This document shows, piece after piece, positions 1 through 8,759 of a DNA stretch of 64,000 nt; within the stretch, counting starts at the first letter, position 1; the number at the start of each line of letters is the position of its first letter. The DNA comes from Burkholderiales bacterium (GTDB taxonomy: Bacteria > Pseudomonadota > Gammaproteobacteria > Burkholderiales > Gallionellaceae), in assembly GCA_038329705.1 (NCBI GenBank), contig JBBQNH010000004.1, forward strand, positions 2,670 to 66,669, given 5' to 3'. Under the pieces are notes generated by a model, which saw nothing but the letters and a program-made list of their open reading frames with translations, was not told the origin of the DNA and ran no database searches. A program made the translations under genes and the position numbers.

Positions 1-471
1 CTTGGCCAGTTCGCCGTGCAGGTGTTCGATGCCGTGCCGAGCGATCTCGGCATCGAGCGCGGCGCGCACCTCCGGGTCGGATGGTGGCAGGTCGTTGAGG
101 CCTTCCCGCAGTGCCTTGAAGTACAACATGGTGCCGCCGACCAGCAACGGAATCCTGTCGCGCTGTGTGATGTCATGCATCAGGCGTAGTGCATCGTGGC
201 GGAACGCGGCGGCGGAGTAGGCTGCTGTGGGGTCGATGATGTCGATCAGGTGATGCGGTGCGCGGGCGAGGGTGGCGGCATCCGGCTTGGCGGTGCCGAT
301 ATCCATGTCGCGGAATACCAGCGCCGAATCCACGCTGATGAGTTCCACCGGAAGGTGTTTGACCAATTCAACCGCGATGCCGGTCTTGCCACTGGCGGTC
401 GGCCCCATCAGGAAGATGGCCGGTGGCAGATCTTGCGTCTTGTGTCTTGCCCTTTGTCCCTTGCTTTTCAT
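1..471 (-). CDS. miaA: tRNA dimethylallyltransferase (5' part; runs off window start)
   Basis: Manual translation of the minus strand from ATG at 471 (ATGA overlap with the mutL stop): ...[14 protein letters not shown]...[21 protein letters not shown]. Conserved mutL-miaA order. Not in the ORF track because it is truncated. Confidence 0.95.
   Translation of the reverse strand, partial: MKSKGQRARHKTQDLPPAIFLMGPTASGKTGIAVELVKHLPVELISVDSALVFRDMDIGTAKPDAATLARAPHHLIDIIDPTAAYSAAAFRHDALRLMHDITQRDRIPLLVGGTMLYFKALREGLNDLPPSDPEVRAALDAEIARHGIEHLHGELAK
431..465. repeat. Degenerate heptamer tandem repeat (5 x YYTTGNN) encoding a basic N-terminal extension of MiaA
   Basis: tcttgcg tcttgtg tcttgcc ctttgtc ccttgct. 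Confidence 0.7.
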
Positions 472-2255
472 TTCCCGCGCATGAACATCTTGTCGAGTTC
501 GGCAAGCGTGACCTGGAACCACGTCGGGCGACCGTGATTGCATTGGCCGGAACGTTCGGTTTGTTCCATCTCGCGCAGCAGCGCGTTCATTTCGGTGATG
601 GTCAGGATGCGGTTGGCGCGCACTGCGCCGTGGCAGGCGAGGCTGGAAAGCAGTTCGTCGCGCCGTTCGGTCAGCGCACGACTCGCGCCGAATTCGCGCA
701 GTTCATCGATCACGTCATGTGCGGCGGCTTCCGCTTCGGATTGCTTGAGCATCACCGGCATGGCCCGCACCGCGAGCGTATTCGGCGATAGCGGTGCGAT
801 GTCGAAGCCGAGTTTGTGAAGCGCGTCCTGTTCGGCCTCCACGGTGGCGACTTCCAGTGCATCCGCATAAAAACTGACCGGGATCAGCAGCGGCTGGGTG
901 GCGATCTTTTCGGTGTCCAGCGAGGTCTTGAGTTTTTCGTACACGATGCGTTCGTGCGCGGCGTGCATGTCAACCACGATCAGTCCGTGTGCATTCTGGG
1001 CAAGGATGTAGATACCCGAGAGTTGTGCAAGGGCAAAACCCAGCGGCGGAACAACATCTTCGTGAGAAAAGGGTGAAGGAGCAGGCGAAAAGTCAGTGGA
1101 AGGTTCGGTATTTCCGATTTCATTTCCCGTCTTTCCAGAAAATGCCTCCCACACCTGATATGCCGAACCGGATTGGGCGATACCCAGTCCGATGTTTTGT
1201 TGCATTGGAATAAAAGCTGAACGTTGTTGTTCCGGAGCGCTGGTCTCCTGCCCGCTCGCTGTTACAGCGAGCGCCTGTTGCAGGGTATGGAAGATGAATT
1301 GATGGATGCCCTGGCTTTCGCGGAAGCGCACCTCGCTCTTGGCGGGATGCACGTTCACGTCGACCTGCTCGGGCGGCAACTCGAGAAACAGTACAAAAGC
1401 CGGGTGACGCTGGTGATGCAGGATGTCCTGGTAGGCCTGGCGCAGCGCGTGGCTGGCGACCTTATCGCGCACGAAACGCCCGTTCACGAAAAAATATTGC
1501 GCATCGCGGCTGGCGCGCGAATAGGCGGGTAGCGCCGCGAGGCCTTGCAACGACAGGTTTGCCGCGTTGCGCGAGACCGGCACCGCAGCGTGGCCGAATT
1601 CATCGCCGAGCAGTGTCGTGACGCGCTTCAATGCGGCCTGCTCGCCTTGTTGGGCGGACAATTGCCAAATGGTGCGCCCGTTGTGTTGCAGCGAGAAGGC
1701 AACATCGGGACGAGACAATGCGATACGTTTGAAGGTTTCCTCGCACCAGGCGAATTCGGTGGATTCGGTTTTCAGGAATTTGCGCCGTGCCGGGGTGTTG
1801 AAATAAATCTCGCGAATTTCCACCGTCGTGCCTTGCGCATGACTGACCGGCGCAGGTTCGCTGAGCTGCCCGTCGATCGCCTCCACTTTCCATCCGTGTA
1901 CATCAGATCCGGTGCAACTGGTCAGGTTCAGTTGCGCCACTGCGGCCATGCTCGCCAGTGCTTCACCGCGAAAACCCATACTGGCGACCTTTTGCAGCTC
2001 ATCCAGTGAGGCTATCTTGCTGGTGGCATGGCGCATCAATGCAAGCGGCAGCTCATCTTTTGCGATGCCCTTGCCGTTGTCGCGCACGCGCAGCAGCTTG
2101 ATACCGCCGCCCTCCAGTTGTACGGCAATGCCGGTCGCATCGGCGTCCAGACTGTTCTCCAGCAACTCTTTCAGCGCGGCGGCGGGACGCTCGATCACCT
2201 CGCCGGCGGCGATTTGGTTGATCAGCAGGTCGGGGAGCAGCCGGATTGCAGGCAT
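468..2255 (-). CDS. mutL: DNA mismatch repair endonuclease MutL
   Basis: [38 protein letters not shown] and CNHGRP motifs (endonuclease-type MutL). Confidence 0.98.
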   Translation of the reverse strand: MPAIRLLPDLLINQIAAGEVIERPAAALKELLENSLDADATGIAVQLEGGGIKLLRVRDNGKGIAKDELPLALMRHATSKIASLDELQKVASMGFRGEALASMAAVAQLNLTSCTGSDVHGWKVEAIDGQLSEPAPVSHAQGTTVEIREIYFNTPARRKFLKTESTEFAWCEETFKRIALSRPDVAFSLQHNGRTIWQLSAQQGEQAALKRVTTLLGDEFGHAAVPVSRNAANLSLQGLAALPAYSRASRDAQYFFVNGRFVRDKVASHALRQAYQDILHHQRHPAFVLFLELPPEQVDVNVHPAKSEVRFRESQGIHQFIFHTLQQALAVTASGQETSAPEQQRSAFIPMQQNIGLGIAQSGSAYQVWEAFSGKTGNEIGNTEPSTDFSPAPSPFSHEDVVPPLGFALAQLSGIYILAQNAHGLIVVDMHAAHERIVYEKLKTSLDTEKIATQPLLIPVSFYADALEVATVEAEQDALHKLGFDIAPLSPNTLAVRAMPVMLKQSEAEAAAHDVIDELREFGASRALTERRDELLSSLACHGAVRANRILTITEMNALLREMEQTERSGQCNHGRPTWFQVTLAELDKMFMRGK

Positions 2256-2482
2256 GGAACGGAAGCAGGGTTAAGTTGAGGCGGAATTATAGCGGAGAAG
2301 ACCCAATCGCTTTATAGCGCGATGCACAGGGCGTGTATTCGCGTATTTGATCGTGTCTGTCGAATGGCCGCTTGATCGAGAGGATTTATCCCTTGGCTTG
2401 GTATATTTAATGTATAGCATTCCCTGTGGTGTTTCTGCCGCAAAAATGCGCCCGCATATCATCTTCTGCGCTGACATCGTAG

Positions 2483-2541
2483 AAATAGCCGGATTTCTCC
2501 GCGCTATTTCACGCTTTACTTGTAATTCAAGCTGATATCTT
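2483..2541 (+). promoter_or_regulatory. FlhDC-type (class II flagellar) promoter upstream of the coiled-coil gene
   Basis: AAATAGCC-N11-CGCTATTT (2483-2509) followed 26 nt later by TATCTT (2536-2541). Same architecture as the flhB, fliF and fliL promoters in this window. Confidence 0.75.
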
Positions 2542-2608
2542 CGCATTGTCGCAATGAGTCCAATATTTGGTGCGATGCACGAAGCACTCAGCACGAGAGG
2601 GAAATCCC

Positions 2609-5590
2609 ATGTCAAAACCAGCGGTGATCAGGTTAGTCAGCAACGATAGTGAGCAGCGTGATGCCGAGGCGCAAGCTATACAAGAGGCGCGCAGTCAAGT
2701 TGAGGCAGAGATGCAAGCCGATCTTTCCGCGCAAACCCGCGCCCGCTTAAGCACTCATGCGCGCGTACTTGCCCAGTCCCGCGCCCGCAAAGAGAAGGAG
2801 CTGGTTGCGATCCTGGAGGTGGAGTGCAAGGAAGAGACCAGGCTTGCGGAAATGGTGCAAACCAATCTTGAAGTCGCAGAGCAGGCCGCGCGTGAGACCA
2901 AAGAGAGGCTTGAGCTGGAGCTGCAACTTCAGGCAGAGAATCAGGCAAGGCTGAGTGCCGAGCAACAGGCCCAGTCTGAGCTTGAACAGCGTATGCAGCA
3001 CGAGCAAAATGCGCGCGCGGTTGCGGAAGCAAAATACCAGGCGGAACACAAGTTGGCGGTGTTCACAGAGCAGGAATGGAAGATCAAGCTCGATGCACAG
3101 AACGAAGCAGAGGAAAAGCTGCGCATGCTGCAGAATGGTCTCAACGAACTGGTGGTTCGTACCGAACAGATCAGTACAGAGCGTTGCGCCGCCGAAAAAA
3201 TCCAAATCGATCTTGCGGAAAAGAAGTTGCAATCGGAAATCCAGCGGCGCGATTCCGCTGTGCAACTGGCAAAAGCGGACGCTGAATATACGCAACTGGC
3301 GAAGATCAAGATCGATACAGAACAGAATGAATTGCAGGAAATCAGCAAGCGACGGGAAGCCGAGCAGCTTGCGATGCAGGCTGCTGAAAATCGAGCCACA
3401 CTGGAGCGTGATCTTGCCCAAATCGCCCGTGAAAAAGAGTCGATTGACAGTTCCATTTCGCGGACCATAGAGGAACTTGTTCGCAAGGAGCAGCAGGTCG
3501 TCGATCTGATGAGTGCAAAGTTCGAAGCGGTGCAAGCCGAATCCATGGCGCTTGACGCCATCATCAGCGCCGAAGCGCTTGCACTGAGTGAAAGTGAAGC
3601 GCGACTTGCCGCTCACCGCGAAGCAGAGCAGGCCGCCCTGGACAGAGCCGAGGCTGATCGTGCCGCCGCAGATGCTTCTATTAAGCGCAAGTATTTCGAG
3701 GTGCAAGCAAGGGCAGAAGCAGAAGCTAGCGAACGAATTGAGCTGCAGGCATATGTGGCGGCAAGGCAGAGCGCAGACAAAGCAAAAACAAAAGCAAAAG
3801 TCGAGGCAGAACGCAAGCTCAAGGTCGAGCAGGAAGCTGCCGCGATATCAATAAGTCAGGCTGAAGCGAACCGAAAAGCAGCCGAACATCAGGAACAGGC
3901 CAACGTCCTGTTGCGCGAGGCCGAGTTGAAAGCGAAGCAGTGGCTGGAGAGCGAGACCGCGGCCAGCCAGGCAGCCGCAACCAAGTTACAGGCAGAGCGC
4001 GAACGGGTTGCATTGGCGGAACAACGCGCTGCGGCGGAAGCGGAACTGGCACGCGAAGCTGAGCGCACGTTGCGGACAGAAGCCCGGCAGTTGGAATTGG
4101 CCAGCCAGCGTGTTGCCCAGGAGCAACAGGTTCGGCTCGAGATCGAACAAAAAATCCAAATTGCTGCGTGCGAGAGTGCCAAAAGTATAGAAATGGCAAA
4201 AGCCGAGGCTGAGCGCAAGCTCAAGATCGAACGGGATGCCGCCGCGATATCAATAAGGCGGGCTGAAGCGGACCGAAAGGCAGCCGAATATCAGGAACAG
4301 GCCAACGCCCTGTTGCGCGAGGCCGAGTTGAAAGCGAAGCAGTGGCTGGAGAACGAGACCGTGGCCAGCCAGACAGCCGCAAACAAGTTACAGGCAGAGC
4401 GCGAGCGGAGTGCATTGGCGGAGCAACGCGCTGCTGCAGAAGCGGAACTGGTACGCGAGGCTGAGCGCACGTTGCGGACAGAAGCCAGGCAGCTTGAACT
4501 TGCCAACCGGCGTGTTGCGCAGGAGCAACAGGAGCGACAAGTGGTCGAGCACAAGATCGAAACCGAGACATGCGCAATTGCCGAGATAGAAGCACGCATG
4601 GCTATCGAATTGCGTGCCATCGAATCGGTGAACGAGCGTATCGAACTCGAGATGCGTGCCAGAGTGATCGCAGAAACAACGGAAAAACTGAGCAAAAAGA
4701 CTGTGATGGCTGTACGGGATAATGAAAGGGCAGCAGTACGTGCCATGAATATGGCAAGGCAACGCGCGAAAGCTGAACGCGAGGCGCTCATGTTGAAAGA
4801 GGAGAAGATACGTACCGAGGCGCTTGAGACTGTGACTATCCGCAAAAGTGTCGAGGCTGAACATGCCAACATCAAGGCGAAGCACATGGCAGTCATGGCC
4901 GAACAGGAAAAATTTGTCGCGACTCAGGCGCAACTGATCGCCGAACAGTCCGTAATCAGTGCCAATCAGGAGGAAATCGCCATTGCCTGGCAGGCTGAAC
5001 AGATTGCTTTGCGTCAGCATGAGGAAAAGCAGAGGTTGCTGACGCAGGAAAAGCAAAGACTGGAAGCTGGACGTTGTGTGCTGGATGAAATTCAGGCACG
5101 CGTAAAAGCCGAACAGCAGGCCTCCGCGTTTGAGGAAGAGCGGGTATTTGCCGAACGTCGTGTTCGCGAATCTGCGCAAACCAAAGCGATGTTGTTGCAC
5201 GAGGAAATGCTGGCAGAGCAGCAGCGTGCAATACTGGAAGACAAGGAAAATTCGCTGCTTCGTACACAAATGGAAAAAACACGTGCAGCAGTGGCCACAC
5301 TGGAGTTGATGGCGCGCTTGCGCAAACACAAGAAAATCGGCCGGATGGTAAAAGCAGGTGGTCTGGTTTCAGCCATCCTGTTCATCGGATACTTGCTGCC
5401 GGCATTTAATGAACTGCAGGCAATGCCGACGCACCAGACAATCGCTGTGCCGTTATATTCCGGCAACAACGCGGGTAACGGGGAGCGGACAGGCATGGTG
5501 TCATCCGGATCAAAAATAGCGGCAGCTGATCCTGCCGCCTACCGGAATATGGTCAGCCTGAAGTTGAGCGATCGACTTGGACAGAAATAG
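2609..5590 (+). CDS. Large A/E/Q/R/K-rich coiled-coil protein with a single C-terminal transmembrane anchor, function unknown
   Basis: ORF 2567..5590; probable start is the ATG at 2609 after GAGAGGG. About 900 aa with almost no Pro or Gly, then basic RKHKKIGR, hydrophobic GGLVSAILFIGYLLPAF and a ~60-aa tail. Confidence 0.85.
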   Translation: MSKPAVIRLVSNDSEQRDAEAQAIQEARSQVEAEMQADLSAQTRARLSTHARVLAQSRARKEKELVAILEVECKEETRLAEMVQTNLEVAEQAARETKERLELELQLQAENQARLSAEQQAQSELEQRMQHEQNARAVAEAKYQAEHKLAVFTEQEWKIKLDAQNEAEEKLRMLQNGLNELVVRTEQISTERCAAEKIQIDLAEKKLQSEIQRRDSAVQLAKADAEYTQLAKIKIDTEQNELQEISKRREAEQLAMQAAENRATLERDLAQIAREKESIDSSISRTIEELVRKEQQVVDLMSAKFEAVQAESMALDAIISAEALALSESEARLAAHREAEQAALDRAEADRAAADASIKRKYFEVQARAEAEASERIELQAYVAARQSADKAKTKAKVEAERKLKVEQEAAAISISQAEANRKAAEHQEQANVLLREAELKAKQWLESETAASQAAATKLQAERERVALAEQRAAAEAELAREAERTLRTEARQLELASQRVAQEQQVRLEIEQKIQIAACESAKSIEMAKAEAERKLKIERDAAAISIRRAEADRKAAEYQEQANALLREAELKAKQWLENETVASQTAANKLQAERERSALAEQRAAAEAELVREAERTLRTEARQLELANRRVAQEQQERQVVEHKIETETCAIAEIEARMAIELRAIESVNERIELEMRARVIAETTEKLSKKTVMAVRDNERAAVRAMNMARQRAKAEREALMLKEEKIRTEALETVTIRKSVEAEHANIKAKHMAVMAEQEKFVATQAQLIAEQSVISANQEEIAIAWQAEQIALRQHEEKQRLLTQEKQRLEAGRCVLDEIQARVKAEQQASAFEEERVFAERRVRESAQTKAMLLHEEMLAEQQRAILEDKENSLLRTQMEKTRAAVATLELMARLRKHKKIGRMVKAGGLVSAILFIGYLLPAFNELQAMPTHQTIAVPLYSGNNAGNGERTGMVSSGSKIAAADPAAYRNMVSLKLSDRLGQK
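3794..4562 (+). repeat. Intragenic tandem duplication, period 402 bp (134 aa)
   Basis: Copies start at 3794 (gcaaaagtcgagg) and 4196 (gcaaaagccgagg). AKVEAERKLKVEQEAAAISISQAEANRKAAEHQEQANVLLREAELKAKQWLE.. vs AKAEAERKLKIERDAAAISIRRAEADRKAAEYQEQANALLREAELKAKQWLE.. Confidence 0.95.
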
Positions 5591-5724
5591 TTGTTCAGTA
5601 ACGACATTGAAGCGGATTGCAAACCGGTGAATTCGCCGAACGGTTAGTATTTGTTCTGTTAAGCGTCAGTTATGCAAAAACACACAAGAAAAATAACAAC
5701 CATCCAAAAACATCGGGGAAACAA

Positions 5725-6498
5725 ATGACGGTAGTCGCAGTGTTTAATCAAAAAGGGGGCGTAGGAAAAACGACCACTTGCCTGAATGTGACGGCTGCGC
5801 TGGATATCTTGCAGCAATTTCCCATTGCACTGGATCTGGATCCCCAGGCGCATCTGACCTTGTCCTGCGGGATCAAATCGATCCCGCAAGACAGCGGTAT
5901 GGCCGCATTCTTCAAAAACAAGACGCCGTTGGAAAATTTGCTGCGCGAAACACAGCGTGGCTGGCATATCATTCCCGCCTCGCTGGAGCTGGCAAAGATA
6001 GACGCGCTATATGGCAGCGATGCGAAGGCGGCAACACTGCTCAAACAGGGATTGAGCCAGGAATTGGCACTGACCGGCGCACCCATTTTGATCGATTGCT
6101 GTCCCATGCTCGGCGTGCTGACCCTGAACGCGTTGCTGGCGTGTGACCGGGTGCTGATCCCGGTGTCAGCGGACTATCTTTCGCTACAGGGTGTTTACCG
6201 TCTGGATAGCGCACTTAATGTGCTGGAAAAGAAATTGCAACGCAATCTGGAGCGGCGTATCGTGGTCACGCGTTTCGACTCCAGGCGCAAACTTTCATAT
6301 GAGATCTACGACAAGCTCAAGGAACGCTACGGGGCATTGGTATGCAATACGCGTATCGGCGAGAACGTTGTGCTGGCGACCAGCCCGATGCATAACATCG
6401 ATGTGTTTGCTTATGCACCGAAGAGTCCGGGATCTGCCGACTATATGGCGTTGAGCAGGGAATTATTGGACAGCGGCTTTTTTACGAACAGGCAATGA
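5725..6498 (+). CDS. ParA/Soj/MinD-family ATPase (orphan, no parB)
   Basis: Probable start ATG 5725: MTVVAVFNQKGGVGKTTT (intact deviant Walker A), LDLDPQAHLT, ILIDCCP (Walker B). Confidence 0.92.
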   Translation: MTVVAVFNQKGGVGKTTTCLNVTAALDILQQFPIALDLDPQAHLTLSCGIKSIPQDSGMAAFFKNKTPLENLLRETQRGWHIIPASLELAKIDALYGSDAKAATLLKQGLSQELALTGAPILIDCCPMLGVLTLNALLACDRVLIPVSADYLSLQGVYRLDSALNVLEKKLQRNLERRIVVTRFDSRRKLSYEIYDKLKERYGALVCNTRIGENVVLATSPMHNIDVFAYAPKSPGSADYMALSRELLDSGFFTNRQ

Positions 6499-6566
6499 TG
6501 CCACTGCGAAATGCAATCCGTCAGCCCGATGGAAGATATCGATGAATCCGGTAAATTTGTTCAGTA

Positions 6567-7337
6567 TCACATTTTCCAGATAAGCAGCGTGGTGTTATGC
6601 AGGTCATCCAATTGCACGGTTTGTTGCGGTATTTGATCGGGAACTGTAAATGTGCTGCTGATGAACATTGTCCCGGGGCGCATTTCAGCGCAAGCCTTGC
6701 TCCAAAGTTTTTCCATCGGCACCGGCGAAAGATAGGCAAACACCACGTCATATCGCGACAAATCGCATTCCCATAAACTGCCCCATTGCACATGGCTGTT
6801 GCGCAACCTGCCAAGCCGGATGCGCAACCAACTCCAGACAAAAGGTAAAGGTGCTGCTTCCACTCCGATAAAATTGCCATCCGGGCGAACCTTGGCGAGG
6901 TATGTCAACACCCCCCCCAAGCCGGAACCCAGATCCATAAATTGAAATCCGGAATCGGATATTTTTGCGGGCAACAATTTTTCCAATTCACGCCATACCT
7001 TTTTGCTGGATAGATATAAAGGTACCTGGGTGCGATAGGTGCTCCAGTACACGAATAACAACAGCAAAAATGCGCCCAGAAAAAGACCGGGCGGTAATTT
7101 TATTGCCATGACCAGTATCAGCGCAGGGGCAAACAGCAGTTGTATCAGTAACCACCATATGGCAAGCCCTGAAACATAGCTGAGCAGGGCGGCAATTAGC
7201 CCGCATAGCCAGGCAAGTTGCAAGAGCGAGAGGTTCAGTCCGGTAATTTCGACAATCAGACGTGTCACAAAAAAAGCGGCACATTGCAGCATCAGCGCAG
7301 CAACGGAGGGTGGAAGCTTTTCAAGCATTTTCCGCAT
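6567..7337 (-). CDS. Membrane-anchored class I SAM-dependent methyltransferase (FAM173/ANT-KMT-like)
   Basis: Hydrophobic N-terminal ~95 aa, then RTQVPLYLSS, DLGSGLGG (motif I), GVEAAP, SLWECDLSRYDVVFAYLSPVPM. Confidence 0.85.
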   Translation of the reverse strand: MRKMLEKLPPSVAALMLQCAAFFVTRLIVEITGLNLSLLQLAWLCGLIAALLSYVSGLAIWWLLIQLLFAPALILVMAIKLPPGLFLGAFLLLLFVYWSTYRTQVPLYLSSKKVWRELEKLLPAKISDSGFQFMDLGSGLGGVLTYLAKVRPDGNFIGVEAAPLPFVWSWLRIRLGRLRNSHVQWGSLWECDLSRYDVVFAYLSPVPMEKLWSKACAEMRPGTMFISSTFTVPDQIPQQTVQLDDLHNTTLLIWKM

Positions 7338-7545
7338 CTAGGCGCGATCTATGGTCTGCACAGAATCATCATAAAATTCAGCAGTGCTGCATTTTGCTCA
7401 GGATCGGCCGGTTTTCCGTGGTCGGCCCGGTGTTGCCTACGCGAAAGTGCCGGTGAAACTTGAAAAGTGAAATATTTTTTGCGACTAAATTCATGAATTT
7501 TTCAATCATGTTGATAATAAATGAATAAATATTTCAAGATTACCC

Positions 7546-7572
7546 TAAAGTTTTCCAATAAGCTGCCGATAC
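7546..7572 (+). promoter_or_regulatory. sigma28 (FliA) promoter, ~300 nt upstream of flhD
   Basis: TAAAGTTT-N11-GCCGATAC, near-perfect consensus, with an AT-rich upstream region. Confidence 0.8.
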
Positions 7573-7835
7573 ATGCAAATCATGGACGCTGCATGTTGGC
7601 ATTGACCTCGAAATAGCCAGTGTGGAACCTCCAAACTTTGCCCACCCGCATGGGGCAGAGTTCTTCTCGTCAGAAAAAATCCTACAAGGCAATATCTCAT
7701 ATCCCTACAAGAAAATTGGCGGGTTTCCGATTTATATATTTTCGTTACTACTGCTTAATGCTGGCGTTAATTCAGCGAAAGCAATAATAGTAAGAAACCG
7801 AAATCAGTATAACCGTTTAACCATACGGCAAAAAT

Positions 7836-7862
7836 TCAAGCTTATCGGATCCGCGCCGTAAT
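7836..7862 (+). promoter_or_regulatory. Second sigma28-like promoter immediately upstream of flhD
   Basis: TCAAGCTT-N11-GCCGTAAT; same -35 variant (TCAAG) and spacing as the flgK promoter. Confidence 0.6.
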
Positions 7863-7878
7863 AATATCAGGGGGCTAT

Positions 7879-8196
7879 ATGAGTATCACTCAATTGCAAG
7901 AAGGTATCCGCGACATCAACCTGACTTATCTGATGCTGGCGCAGCAAATGATCAACGAAGACAAGCCTGCCGCGATTTTCCGTTTGGGAATCGGTAAAGA
8001 TCTTTTGGAAGTGATTGCAAATCTTACGCCGCCGCAAATCATCAAGATGTCGGCATCCAACATGCTGTTGTGCCGCTTTCGCTTCGACGAAAAACTGTTG
8101 CTCAACATGGTGACCGATTACAGCAAAGATCGCCTGATGTCACAGGCACATGCGGCGATCCTGATGTCGGCGCAGGACATCGAAGAGTTGGCGTAG
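7879..8196 (+). CDS. flhD: Flagellar master regulator FlhD
   Basis: IRDINLTYLMLAQQMI..DKPAAIFRLGI..LLCRFRFD. Confidence 0.97.
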   Translation: MSITQLQEGIRDINLTYLMLAQQMINEDKPAAIFRLGIGKDLLEVIANLTPPQIIKMSASNMLLCRFRFDEKLLLNMVTDYSKDRLMSQAHAAILMSAQDIEELA

Positions 8197-8204
8197 AGGC
8201 TGCC

Positions 8205-8759
8205 ATGGCTACCAAAACCGTATTGGGCGAAGCGCATCAAGTCAAGGTTGCGATCGATTTGATTGAAATGGGCGCGCGATTGCAATTGCTGCAGGAAGAA
8301 ACCTCGCTGAGCCGGGAACGTTTGCTCAGGTTGTATAAAGAAGTCAGGGGTACGTCGCCTTCGAAGGGGATGCTGCCTTATTCGACAGATTGGTTCATGA
8401 GTTGGCAGCCGAATATCCACTCCTCCCTGTTCATGGAGATCCACCAGTTCCTGGTCAGGAATGCAGAGATAGACGGTGTGCAGGCGCTGATAACCGCTTA
8501 TCGCCTGTACCTCGATCAAATAGAAGGTTTGGAAAGCTCGGAACCGGTGTTGAGCATTACTCGAGCGTGGTACATGCTGCGCTTTTTCAAGGCTGGTATG
8601 ATGCAGCTGGTCGATTGCAAGGAATGTGGCGGACACTTTGTGACACATGCCGGTGACTTGCATCTCAATTATGTATGCGGTATCTGCCATGCTCCGGCTC
8701 GAGCCGGCAAAACAAATGCGGCCAGGAAAATTGCGATTGCCGCTGCGCAAGCAGCCTGA
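8205..8759 (+). CDS. flhC: Flagellar master regulator FlhC
   Basis: Start ATG 8205 inside ORF 8070..8759; GARLQLL..KGMLPYSTDWF..CKECGG..CGIC zinc motif. Confidence 0.97.
   Translation: MATKTVLGEAHQVKVAIDLIEMGARLQLLQEETSLSRERLLRLYKEVRGTSPSKGMLPYSTDWFMSWQPNIHSSLFMEIHQFLVRNAEIDGVQALITAYRLYLDQIEGLESSEPVLSITRAWYMLRFFKAGMMQLVDCKECGGHFVTHAGDLHLNYVCGICHAPARAGKTNAARKIAIAAAQAA

Noticed and set aside
2271-2615. 114-aa minus-strand ORF between mutL and the coiled-coil gene
   Set aside because: Overlaps the divergent promoter region and the start of the large gene; no recognisable motif.
3794-4562. Long direct repeat as a mobile element or CRISPR-like array
   Set aside because: In-frame intragenic duplication with no spacers, terminal inverted repeats, transposase or cas genes.
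7487-7500. Perfect 14-bp palindrome AAATTCATGAATTT
   Set aside because: It lies in a very AT-rich tract where such palindromes arise by chance, and no second copy was seen.
7622-7861. 79-aa ORF in the flhD upstream region
   Set aside because: GTG start without an RBS, AT-rich, overlaps promoter motifs, no recognisable protein features.
7573-7878. c-di-GMP riboswitch in the long flhD leader
   Set aside because: No recognisable GEMM-I (GGCAAAC..GAAA..GACGCAAAG) or class II architecture by eye.
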